Origin: Sphaerodactylus townsendi
Taxonomy: Eukaryota
DNA: 64,000 bases
Direction of reading: 5' to 3'
Assembly: GCF_021028975.2 (NCBI RefSeq)
Contig: NC_059440.1
Location: forward strand, 29,388,001-29,452,000
Shown one piece after another: positions 32,375 through 44,329 of this stretch; positions within the stretch are counted from its first letter, which is position 1; each line of letters begins with the position of its first letter. The position numbers and the translations under genes are program-made. The notes beneath the pieces were generated by a model. That model made no database searches. It had not been told where the DNA came from and saw only the letters and a program-made list of their open reading frames with translations.

Positions 32375-35300
32375 CTAAGATACAAGGGCGTTTTGACCAT
32401 ACAAAGCAACTCGAGGTGTAGGGGGGCCCGAAGAGGGCAGGCTCCTCTGCCCGGAAGCGCGCTCACTTCCTTGCCCTCTGGGACTTGGCAAGCATTGACT
32501 TTTGGTCTTGCTCTGGTTCCTTGGCAGGGGCTTCACCTCCCTTCCCCATGGCTTGACAGCTGGCTTCTTGGGGGCAGGATCACAAGCGCAGAGGCTTCTT
32601 GGGGCTACGGCATGGGGCGTTGGCTTGGCTTTTTTGGCAGGGGTTTTGGCCGCAGGTGGGGGGGGGCTGGCTTTCCCACGGCGCACTGTGGGGGCCTTGC
32701 GTGGCTTGGGCTTGGCCTCTCGCCGCTTCACCGGGGGGGCCCTGTTCCGTGCTTTTGGCGGGGGCCTCTTCTGCACCCTGCTGAGAGAAGCAAAGGACCT
32801 CAAGCCTGGGGCTGTCTGTTGTGCCTGCATTTTCTCCCATGTTTCTCTGATGGACTCAACCCAAGGGAGCGATGCCAATTTGCGCCACTTCGCTGCAAGG
32901 GCTGGCCCCAGAAGGTGACAAACCACCCCCCACCACCCCGGCCCATTTCTTGTCTTGATGACGAGGCGGGCAGCAATCCCCCCCAGCCCTCGCCCCCGGC
33001 TGCCCCAGACCTTTTCTTGGGAGGGGGCTCTTCCTCCTCAGACTCCTCCTCCTCAGACTCTTCCTCCTCAGACTCAGACTCCTCCTCTTCCTCCTCCGAA
33101 CTGTCCTCTTTCTGTTTGTCTGGGAACAGAACTCCAGGGCTGTGGGGGGCAGGGAATGGGCACGTTGCCATGAATGAAAGCACCCCCAATCTACAGTGGC
33201 AACACCCCTGCGTCCAGGAGGCGGGCAGAAGCCAGCCCTCCCTGCTTGCCACCCAGCTGCGGGTTGACGGGTTTTGGGGCAGGGGGTTGGGGAAGGCCCA
33301 GCTGCCAGACAACCACTGCTCCCCCACGCCTGGGCAGCACAGTGCAGGAGGAATGCCCCCGCCAGGGGCGTCCCTCACCTGGGGTAGTAGGGGAAGCAGA
33401 GTTGGAAAGTGCCGCTGAAGCCCTTCCCGGAGATCTGCTCCATCCAGCCGTTCTTCTCACACTTCTGCAGGGTCCTCTTCAGTAAGTGGACTGTGGGGCG
33501 GGAAAGAGCAGCGGAGGGAGAAGGCATCAGCACTCCCGCCAGGCAGGCAGCACCCAGCCCTGCGTGCAGACACCTTCCTGTCCTGCCGCCAGCCCACTTT
33601 CAGCATCTCTGTGGCCACTGCAGCCTTCAGTCAAGAAGCCAAGCAAGCGCAATGGAAAAGGAGCCAAAAACAAGGTCAGCCCTTGGGCCTCCTGAACCCT
33701 GCGGGGGCCACACGGGGGCAGGAGGAGAGCTGGGAGGGTCCTGCAGGATCATCCAAGTCTGGACTGCTCACTCTTGAGAACATTTCTGTCTCCTTTTCCC
33801 AAAGCCTCTCTGGAAGTGGACTCCACAGTCTCTTGGCGATCTGGTCCTACACCAGATCTCTGTCTTTTGGGCTCCCCTCTCAGCAAGGTAAAGCAGGGAG
33901 CCATCCCTGGGGAGCCGCCTGGGCGGCCGTGGAGGGGCAGAGAGCCAGAAGAGGCCAGGATGGGGGCAATCGTCACCAAGTTCTTTCTGAGCCGCCTGCC
34001 AAAAGCTGGCCTTTCTCTCCACATTCACATTCCTTCATCTGATTGGCTCCCAGCACCTGCTGCCCACTCGCTTCACCAGGCAAAGCCACGCCAGAACCCT
34101 TCCAGGCACAGACTGTGCTCGGAGCTGCCCACGGACCTCGTGCAGCAACCAGGAGACACCACATCAAAACGAAGGAGCCGGGGGGGGGAGGGGGGGCACA
34201 CACCAAAAGCATGGCTTCCAAGGGGCTGGAGAACTTGACTCTGACTAGCACACTGTTCTCTTAACAAGACTGGCACGCACACAGTCAAGCTAAAACCTAA
34301 GAGTGGGGTGGGATAGCCAGAGCTACGTGCTCCAAGTACAAGGGAGGGAGGGAGGGAGGGAGGAAAAGGGGTGGGAAAGCACACATCTGCACAGGGCTTC
34401 TCCTGAGGAACATTCAGAGATCAAGAGTTGCTTTTCCTGGATTGTGCAGCATCACGGGGGGGGGGGGGGGGGGGAGGGGGAACAGGGGTGTGAGGACAGA
34501 GGAGGCGCTGCATCCTTTCTCCGCAGATGTGCTGCATAGCGTACAGCAGGGCCGTTCCAAGCCTGGGGAACTGGAAGTGGTGGTGGTGGTGGGGGGGGCT
34601 CTTCCTACCCTGGAGGCTGGTGTTTGTCCCTGGATGCTTCTCTAAGACATATTTCTTCAGGGCAGTGGTGGAGCAGGTCTTGGGCTCATTCATGGCCGCG
34701 ATGGCAGACAGGATCGCATCCTCCATCAGGCTCCCGCCCAGCAGTGGCTTCTCCCCTGATTTCTTCAGCTGGTTTGCAAAGAGAAAGGCACAATTAACAG
34801 CCGGGGCAGCAGCCTGTGATCCAGGCAGGCCACTCATTGGGAGAGGGTCTGGTCCCCAACCTGGAATGTCCCGGAAGCCCCTTTGCCCGTGATCTGCTCC
34901 AGCTGCCCCTTCTCCACTGCTCTCTGCAGGGCGTTCTTCAGCAACTGGGGCCTGTGGGAGAGAAGCCAGGATGGGGGCATCATTTGCAGGGAAAGCTGGA
35001 GGAGGACCTTTGGCCCATGAATCATGAACTTGGGGGACTCACTGACACGAGATGGAAAAACTGATCCTGGCTTTACATGGGGACTAGATACATTGCTGGG
35101 AGACGGGTCCATCAGTGCCTAACGGAAGTCCCGTGGCTGGAGGCAGCACACTGTTGGGGCCAGCGAGGAAACCACGACCTCAGTCTGTGCTTGGCTTATG
35201 GGCCTTTTAGCACATCTGGCTGGCCACTGTGCGGAGGCAGCAGTAGGTGGTCCATCCAGCAGAGTTTGTGGGGCTGCTCTTTGCATATGGTGCCCCCCCA

Positions 35301-38300
35301 CCCCCACCCAAGTAAGTTCCACAGACCCTGACGCCCCTTCTAGGCCAAAGAGGAGTCTGCCCACTGAAGGTGTGCCTGTGGAAACCCAGCCCCCAAAGGA
35401 GCTGCTTTTGATATTCTAGCATTTGTACATAAGCTGAGAAGAGCACAACATTTATTTTTTGGGGAAGGAACAGAAAACATTTTAGTAAAATAAGCTTTCA
35501 ATATCCCAAGAGCGCAATGGCCGTTCTCTAAGCCCAGGCCAGGCTGCGCAAGCTCAGAGGTGCTCTCTCTGAGCACTACGGCCACCGTTTCAGGGCCGGG
35601 GTGCTTTGCAAAGGAAACGGCTGGCTGCTGTTAGTACGAAAAGCGCAGGATGAGTGCAGCAGTCCCACAGGTGACAGAAAGGCTATTCCCCCGCCCCACC
35701 TCAGAAGAGCTGAGGGACAAGAGAGGCGCTGCTCCACGGCCCTCCGCACCTACCTCACATCCACCTTCAGCTTGGGGTAATATTGGGAGACATATTTTTT
35801 AATCAGGCTGTAGGACGCCTCCTTCGGCTCACAGAGGCGGGTGAAGGCCAGCGGGAGGACGTCTTCGAGCTTGACTTGCTGCTCCGGACCAGAGGCTGAA
35901 GTGCTCCTCTGAAAGACAGGGCAGGAGCTCTCCGTGAGAACCCGCAGCTGCAGGCGCCAAGTGGACTGCCGCGAAGCCAAGGCCGGCCGTCAGCCACTCC
36001 GGGCAAATTTCCCTGCGCCCACCGACACACGCGGGGTGCCAGCACTCACCCACTCCTCAACACGCTCTCTGTCCAGAGCAACTCAGCCCTCGGCTTTTCT
36101 TCCAACAGAAAGCGAATCAGACTCCTCAAAGTCTAAATACTGCAGCCAACTACAAGGAGGGCAGTTTCCACCCCCAGCCCCCCTCCTTTGCCAAGGAGGC
36201 AAGCAGGACAGCAACAGGCAGGCATTGCTGGCCAAAGGGCCACTCAGTCCTCGGCCATGAACGCTCTTGGCGTGGCTTCCTCCACTGGCTTCCATTGTCC
36301 CTTTGGACTCAACGCCAGTCAGACACGCAAACTGTGTGAAGGCGGAAGCAAAGCAAAATGGTGGAACTGGGTGGTGGCGGCGCCTGGGTCCTTTTGGGCA
36401 GAGAACTGCCTGCAGTAATAGCTCCAAATAGCCCCTGGTTTGACTCGCCTGCACAGGCAAGCTCTCCCTCCCTTCCCAGGAATATGGGAGAGAGGGGAGG
36501 GGGAGAAACATCAGCAGCTTCCCTTCCAAATCCTCACTGCGTCTGCCACCGCTGGATGGCTTCCACAACGGACAGCCCCACGCGCCCTGCAAGGGAGGCC
36601 TCAGCAGTGACGGCGCCTGGGTTCAGGGGGTGCTACTTTTTGCAAGACCAGCAAGACTTTTTGCAAGACCAGGCATGCTGCCTGACCTTCAGCCTTACCT
36701 TCCGTTCTCTGGATTTTGGAGCCGTTTTCCCTGAGTTTGGGGTCACCACAAAGCTCCCAGAAGCCCCCTTTCCTTTCACCTAATACACAAAGGGAAAGGA
36801 AGAGCAGTCCAAGGGGGATTGGCTGCATCTCACTCTGTTGCCCGGAGCGCCCCCCCCCCCTTCTCGAACATACCAAGGCCACCTCCGTTCTTAGCCAGGC
36901 TGAAGAACAAGCGACTACAGCCTCTTTGGCAGGACCGACAGCCCAGTTGCCTTTGATGGCGGGCCAGCCAATGGTGGCCCTGGGGACACTGGCTCCGGGA
37001 TGCTCTCAGCGTACCTGTCGAATGACTCCCCTCTCCAGTTCCCTCTTCAGGGCCTGCTTCAGGAGGTAGCCTCTTCTCTCCAGCTCCAGCGACGGGTACT
37101 TGTGGATGATGTACTTACGAATGGCCACGACCGAGGCCCCTCCTTTCTGGTAGCAGGCCTGCAAGAGATCCAGCCCATTCACAGGCTGAGAACCAGGCTG
37201 AGCTTTTTCAGGGTGGAAGGGGGAATCCTGACGGGGAACCAAAATGCGGCCCCCAGAGTCCCCCTGGACACCCCCCCAATTTCTCCCTTGCCTAAACAGT
37301 GGTGCTGTAGAGTAATCAAGGTGATGCAACTATGTGCCCATCCACTGGTGGCAAACAGAATGCCAACTTGGCATTAGCGGGATTTGCTCTCAGTGACGCT
37401 GGAAAAGGGAAAGCCTCTCCAGCTACCTGACAGCAGCAGCAGCATTTTGCTGGACAGGGACAGAAAGATGATCCTGAAAGAAAAGGCTGGCCAGGGCTGC
37501 AGTTGCTGAAGGCGGCTGTGAAAAGGACACTCCCACCCACCTACCCACGCAGCACCACCGTCACTGCTCTGCTCTAGGCAGGCGGGGTTGGGATTGGTTT
37601 GTTTGCAGAAAGGATTTGTGCGGGAGCTGATGCCGGCGTGACGGTGGCCCTGCTGTGCTGCTACTCCTGGCCCCTCTCCTTTCTAGGATCCGTTCTGGCC
37701 AGCAACACTGCTGCGCCCCAAACTCAGCACAGTTCAGGCTTGCCTTGATGGCCTCGATCAGAATGGCATCCATCTTGGGGCGGGAGGAGGCTGCCATCTG
37801 CGTCTGCTTCTGAGCTCTGGCTAGCTGGCTGGCTGAGAGGGTCGCCCAGGCAGGAATGGTCTTCTTCACTTTCTTCTCCTTCTCTTTTGCTGCATCCTTC
37901 TCTCTGCACGAGGAAGACAACATGGGGAAGCCATCAGGCAGGCCGTGGGAGTGTGCACCATGCGAGGCAGAGAATCAAAGCAGTGCCGGTCACCCGTGGC
38001 AGAGTTGCCGTGGGAGCAGCCACTGGACTCTGCGTGTGTGTGTGTAGAGGAATTAAATTCCTGTTTAAAAATCACTTGCTTATTGTAAACTGAGGAAAGT
38101 GGTAAATAAGAAGATCAGGCCTTCTCAAGCGTTTTAAGCTTCCTGGTAGTCTCTCCTCTCCACAGATAGCCTCGTCCCCACGCCCCCCCCTCCCGCTCCA
38201 GAAGGCACGGTGCCTTACTCCTTCGAGGAAGACTTCCCCTGCGACGTAACCTTCTCGCCTGCCTTTTCCCTCCCAGCCTCGAGGCTCGCTTCGGGAGGTC

Positions 38301-39360
38301 TGCCCACACTCCTTGGTGGCTGACGGCGTTTCGTTCCCCCGCTCCTCTACGGTGGAAGCAGATTCCTCGGAACTGACATCAGGTTCTGTGGGCAAAAGAG
38401 GCAGCGCGCAGGTTGGGTAGATGCGGGACTGAGCAGCACTGCCCAAGGACCGCCAGGGACACAGATGCTCCCCAGTGGCCAACGGCCAGAAACCCCAGGA
38501 ACAGGACAGGAGGGCTGCCTGCATCTGATCTGCAGCAGCCACACTCCTTCAAGCCTCTTCGCAGTCTCCAAAACCAGTGGCAGCTCAGTCAGCCCCCATC
38601 CCTGCATCCCACTGGCCTGGTCCACACCAAGCTCCCAACTGCCCCCCTGCTGGCCCCCCAGAGGTGGTGCCCGGGAAGACCTGCCTGCAAGGAGCTGATG
38701 ACTTTACCTGGTTTGGCCTCTTCTGCTTCAGCAGGCTTGCTTTTGGGAGGGGTTTCCCGAGCAGAAGAATTCACAGCCCTGCGGATTGGCATGGTATCGT
38801 CCTCGGCCTTCTGGAAGGGATTGGAAGCAGGCCAGAATGTCACAAGGAGGGGGAAGACTCCAAGGGGCTCGAAAGCAAAACGCAGAGGACAGGAGACCCC
38901 TTGCAGGCAGCCTCAGCGCGACCCCCTCACTCTCCTCCCATCAAGGGAAAGTGGAGCTGCGTCCGCGCTCACAAGGAGGCTGCCGCCGCTGCCTGCTCCC
39001 CACTCCACTTGCACGACCCAGAAGAGAGGCCGTTTCAGCTTCCGCTTGCTCAGCCTGGCAGCAGCAAAGGGACCCAGTGAGGGAGGGAGACCTCCAGGAA
39101 AGCAGAAGAGGGGAAGCATGTTTGCACCTACAGGAGCAGGGGGGGGCGGGGGGGGCAGGGGGTGGAGCTTGATGTGGCCCCAGCCGCGGTTCCTACAAGC
39201 AGGGGAAGAACAGCAGAGCAGCTCCGCTCTGAGCCGGTCCGCGGGCCAGCGCGGAGCAGGGGTCAGCCCCTACCTCACTGAACTTGTCCAGGGGAGCGGC
39301 CGTTAAGAGTGCAAGCGTCTTACGGTGTGCGGGATCCGCTTCGGACAGATCGGTCGCCAT
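32375..39360 (-). CDS. HP1BP3: HP1BP3, heterochromatin protein 1 binding protein 3 (three H15 linker-histone domains)
   Basis: Exons: 39360-39274 (MATDLS..), 38810-38708, 38385-38219, 37903-37744 (GC donor), 37158-37015, 36779-36699, 35908-35754, 34951-34861, 34768-34609, 33490-33379, 33139-33011, 32777-32375. There is a phase conflict at the 38219/37903 junction. A probable frameshift near 32500 would put the homologous stop at 32463. Confidence 0.94.
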
Positions 39361-40149
39361 TTAAATTAATGCCCAGCCCCAGTGTGAGGGTAACACTTTG
39401 GAGCCCTGAGTGTTAACCACAAGGGGGTGGGCTTCCTAACAGAGACAACCTGAAGTGAAGAGGGGAAACAAGAGCATAAACCATCCACAGCTGAACTCCA
39501 CTCACACTGCAGAGTTAAACAGACAGCAAATCTCCCGGTGAGAGGGGGGCCGACCAGTTCCCACTGTTCCCTGTTGGACAGCCGAGCTAGAACTAGCCGC
39601 ACGTCTGCTGGCCTGGAGGCCTCACCCGGCCAGTCCAGAGCCAGAGGGCCAAGGAGCTCCTCCGTCCTCCTGGCAAGCAGGAGCAGCAGGGCGCAGGCGC
39701 CCCGAGGGCCAGGGACAAACAGCCCTCGACTCCCAAGTGCCCGGGGCTCATCTGTGTTCAGCATTTAAAGACCTCTATGGCAGTTACTGCAGATGGGAGA
39801 AACTTTGAATAAATAAAGCACGCCATGCACCCACGGCACCCAGAGGGCTCAGGGCAACAAAATGCTACTGGCCCAGGAGGGCAGCTCCCCCCATTTTACC
39901 TTCTTGGGCTAATGTTAAACAATCATGTGCTGAAGGCAGCTTACAATACACCCCACCCCACCCCCCCCGCAAAAAATCTCAAGGCAGTCCTATGCTTTCC
40001 TGTTTCCCTCCCCCCCACAATGGATCAAAGAAGCACAAAGCACAGGGCAGGGGGGGTCTGTTCTGCACCCCTCCACAGGCCCAGAAGGAGGCCTCTGACA
40101 GAGCCCGCTACCCTATGGGACATTCCTGCTTTCAGGATGATGACTGTGG

Positions 40150-40500
40150 ATTGGGTACAGAAACTTCAGCACAGAAATTTAACTAGAGTTAATTCCGATT
40201 CAGTCCTTGTGAGAATTTCACTGGAAGACCCAGTTTCTTTTATATCTCAGCAGGTAGCTAAATTTTGTATGCTGGCACATAATAAGCGAAGAATCATGTT
40301 AGGACCAAGAGCCAGACCACATGAAGGTGACCGTAATAATGCTACAAGCTGATGATATTTTTTGTGTACAGACTTACACCATGGATTTCTGAACAAATTC
40401 GATTTTTCTTTTTTTTTTTAAGGTTCTTCCTTTTTCTTGTTCTTCTCTACTCTTTTTTGCTGGCCTAATGGCCGTAATAAAACTGACTGACTGAAAACTG
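40150..40500 (+). mobile_element. Non-LTR retrotransposon 3' end fragment (family uncertain)
   Basis: AT-rich island encoding ..LEDPVSFISQQVAKFCMLAHNKRRIML, like a LINE ORF2 C-terminus, followed by AATAAA and a (CTGA)n tail. Confidence 0.45.
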
Positions 40501-40889
40501 ACCGGGGCTGCCGGCCTGGCCAGTGATTTGCTAGGATTCCCTCCCTCCATCTTATTTCTACTCCCCCTTCTGTGATGGGGCTGGTGAGCCAATAGGAAGA
40601 CCACCGAGGGGCCTTTAATAAGAAATAGCTGGGCTGGTGGCAGGAAACAAACACCCGACAGGACACGGCCTCGGCATTTTCATTCCTTGAAAGTCTGGGT
40701 TCACTGGACACGTTAAGAGCCGCCCTGTTTCCAGCAGGACAGCCTGGAAGATCCACAGGCAGCCTCAAGCAAATTCTGGGGGCGCCCGTTCTGATGATGA
40801 AAATGGATGAGATCATCACTGCTGGACCTTAACTCTCCAACCAGAGGCTTTGCTCAGAACCTGCACAATGTTATCAGCCTCCCTCCCGT

Positions 40890-41660
40890 CCCCTTGACCT
40901 GCCTTATTTCCTGACTGAGAAGCCCCAAACTCTTCAGGCTTTCCTACCTAGGGAAGCGTTTCCAGCCCCTCCGTCACCACCTCTTTCTGCCCTTTGTTCA
41001 GCAGGGACTGTCAGCAGTATTCCAGGTGAGGCCGCACCATCTACGCAAGGGCCCTGCAGGTGCTGGCTGTTTTATTCTCATCCCCTTTCCTAGTAATTGC
41101 CAGCAGGATATTTGCCTTTCTCACCACAGCCACAAACTGAATTGACGTTTCAATTTTGCTCTCCGCTTCAAAATCCAAGACCTCTTTTCATCTCAGCTTC
41201 AGTCAGTTCAGATCTCACAAGACTTCTCGTGCGCACATGTACCACTTTACACGCTTTGAGCTTCACTGGCCACAATGAGGCCCACTTACCAATTTGGTGG
41301 TATCTTCTTGTACTTCTTTTTGATCCACCTTGGGTTGTCATCTTTCTGAATAATTTGGTATTTTCTGTAAACTTGGCCACTAGACTGCGCCCCCCCCCCC
41401 CCCGGTTCCAGATCCTTTCTGAAGCATGGGGCCCCAATTCAGATCCTCGTGGAACCCCACTGCTTGCTCCCCTCCAGTGCGAATGCCACCTGCCGATTTG
41501 CAGTCTCTGCTTTCTGCTTGGCCAATTTTTATTCCATCAGAGGACCGGCTCTCTCTTCTCATGATGGCCAAGTGGACTCAGGAATCTTTGAGGAAGCCCC
41601 CCCCCCCCCCCAAGCCATTCAAAAGGATAATGTTCACGACATCACCCTTGCGCCTATTCT
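40890..41660 (-). mobile_element. Old, decayed CR1 LINE fragment in HP1BP3 intron 1
   Basis: SLVAKFTENTKLFR..IGKWASLWPVKLKACKVVHV resembles the CR1 RT KFADDTKL..W..W....N..KCKV.H region. Boundaries are approximate. Confidence 0.7.
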
Positions 41661-42144
41661 TGGCTAACATTCCCAAAGAACCCCAATAGGGTTGCTGGAC
41701 AGAATTATGGGAATAACTGGAACCACACCAGACACTGAGAGCTGTGTCCCCTCGTCTTCCTCCCCCATGAAGGTTTTCCAGGCTGCACCTTCACCTCCTC
41801 CACAAACATCAACTGCTGCACAGTTTAACAGGAGTTCATTAAACAAAAACGGCTGCCTGGATGCTTGAACGAGTCTCGAAGAAAACTCGGTGAGGTGATG
41901 GACTGTCCAACGGTGAACCTGCAACCCACGGGCGGGCCGGATTCGCAAAGGGAGCCCTGCGTGCCCACTGGTGACCGACCTTCCATCCACTCCCCTGCTC
42001 GCTGTCCCCTGACCAAGGACCAAGCCAGCCCCCCAACGGCCTCCTGGCTCCCCCACCATCGCCACCCCCAACAGCCATGCAGCCACAGCCGGCCAGCAAC
42101 ACCTTGGCGCCCGCTGCTCTGCCCCAACAGCCTCCTGGTCCCCG

Positions 42145-42203
42145 CTACCTGAGCCTTCGGGGAGGGCGGCGTACAAATACAGTAAAGAAATAAATAAATA
42201 AAT
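42145..42203 (+). mobile_element. LINE/SINE 3' tail fragment
   Basis: cctgagccttcggggagggcgg..aaataaataaataaata. A similar tail is at 45610-45675. Confidence 0.55.
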
Positions 42204-42299
42204 ACCACCCCCACCCAAACGCCAATCCAGCCTGTCGGAGCAGCAATCACCAGTGGGTAGCGCACCCGCCAAACACCCAACTCAACCCGTGACACCCCC

Positions 42300-44030
42300 A
42301 CCTCCTACCAGGACTGGGAGCAGCAGCCCAAACTCACCCGCCTTTCCCTGACCCACCTGCAAGCCCGGCCCCCACCCAGGCCGACGCCCCCACCCCCATG
42401 GCAACCCTCCCTCGCCCAACACCCACCCCCGCTTGGCTGGTAAGAGCAGCGCTGGGGGGGGGAGCTCCGTCCCTCGCGTGCCTTTCCCTGGCCCCAGGGG
42501 CCCCCACCCCTGCACGCAGCCAGGTCGGAGCCGGGGGCAGTGGGGGGGGGGATGCTCCAGCCGTCCCGCGGCCCACTGCGCGGGAGAGTGTCTGCTGGCC
42601 CCCTCGCCCTTTGACAGCCTCGCCCCGCCCCTTCGCCAGGGGCTTTGCAGCGGGGGGCTGGGCGCGGGGGCTCGGGGGGCGTTCAAGGCGGCCTGCCGTG
42701 GCCGTGGGGGCTTCGCCACGCGTGTTCTCAAGAGGCTGGCTGCTCCTCCGCCGCCGCCGCCGCCCCCGCTGCCAGTTGAAGGCCGGGCGGGCAGCCGCCG
42801 CCGCCGCCCCCCACGGAGCCCCTCCCTCCCTCCCCCACAGAGAGGAGTCCGGCCACCGCTGCGGCCGTGGAGCGGCTGGGCCTGGCGGGCAGCGATGCAC
42901 GGGCCTGTCCATCCCCCGCCGCCCGCCACTGCACGGGGCTCCCGGAGGAGGCGGCGGCGCGGCCGAGAGCGCGCCCGGATCCCGGCCCTGCTCGGGGAAG
43001 AGGCGGCGGTGGCGGGGCAGAGACCCAGGCGCGGCTCCCGGTATTTGCATATTGAGCGTTATGCAAATAGGCATACCTACCGCAACATGCAAATCAGCGC
43101 CCCGCCCCCCCGCGTGACCTCTGACCCTCCCGCGGTTCCGCCCCCAAGGCTCCGCCCGCCTGTCACTCACCGGCTCAGGGCCGTTCTCGGCCGGCGCGCC
43201 AGACACAAAGCTGCGGAGCCCCGAACAATGGCGGCGGTGGCGGCGGAACCGGACGGGCTCCGCGGAAGGAGGGGGCGGGACTAACGCTGCGTCGGGCCAA
43301 TGGCAGGCCGCGAGCATCTTTCAAATGCCAGGCCGAGGTCCTGCCGCCCTCGCTCCAGTGCAGTAGCCAATCAACAACGCAGCCCAACGCATGCGCCCTC
43401 GAGGCGGATGCCCATAGGACACCCTTTGGGGGGAGGTGGCTGTGGCGGAAACAAAACAAGAGCGGGAGCGTGCATATGTTAGCGCGCGTGCACCGCGACT
43501 GGAGGCGCAGGCGCTCTTCCCTCGGCGGGAAAGAAGCCTTGAGGGGACTGCCGGCCACGCCCCCTCCGCTGTAGGCGTGTCCGTCAGGAGGGGGCGGGGC
43601 CAGCGGGGTGAAGCGTCATCGCCTTGTGGGGCGGCGGCCTCGCAGGACACGTGGGCTGCAAAACAGCACGAAAAGACGCGTTCGGTGCGGCAGCTCCCGC
43701 CCAAGCCACGCCCCCCCGCCCCTACAACGACTCAGGCGGATGTGGCCCAGGAGGGTCTCCTCGGCACCACGCGCCCCCCTCCCACAGGGGAGACCGCCCA
43801 CCCTTCGCCGGAAGCACCTCCGGTGGCGGCGAAGGTCCAGCAGCCCCCCTTCCTCTAGCAGGGACCTCGTGGGGCTAAGCAGGAGCAAAACAGCAGGAAT
43901 GGGTGGGCGCCAGGGCGGCAGCAAGGGCCAGAGCCGAGTGGCCGCCAGCCATCCCTTCCACTTGGTCCTCCGCAGGCAACTTGCAGAGCGACTCCAGGAA
44001 GCCCTGCAAAATTACGAAGCCCCGCGAGCC
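42300..44030. promoter_or_regulatory. HP1BP3 CpG-island promoter and non-coding exon 1 (about 43260-43171)
   Basis: Minus-strand GTGAGT donor at 43170. YY1-like GCCGCCATTG at about 43230, CCAAT at about 43297 and 43368, NRF1-like CGCATGCGC at about 43389, GC boxes, and three ATGCAAAT octamers at 43043-43094. Confidence 0.75.
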
Positions 44031-44329
44031 ACAGCTCAAACTTAACCTCTGGAACGGACGTGCCCAAAAAAGCATCACAGATAAAAGGAAAAGGAGTTGA
44101 GGCTGGCAAACGCTGGGAGGGGGGGTGTGTGTGTTTGTGTGTGTGTGTGTGGGGGGGGGGGCAAAATTTTCAACCAGCTTGACCTACAAATGCAGGACAC
44201 CATTATTACAAGGTATCCCATAGATGTCTGCAGCCCCCGCAGGACAGACTCCTGCTGTCACTTGTCACAAAACCATAAAGAAATAGCATGCTATGTGGCC
44301 ATCCAACATCTTGGAAATCAACATGGTTG

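Noticed and set aside
32393-33418. 341-aa plus-strand ORF with a Ser-rich run
   Set aside because: Antisense shadow of the acidic and basic HP1BP3 terminal exons.
40340-40920. TGATGA...CTGA patterns suggesting C/D box snoRNAs in HP1BP3 intron 1
   Set aside because: They lie antisense to the host gene, have no convincing terminal stems or guide sequences, and partly overlap a LINE tail.
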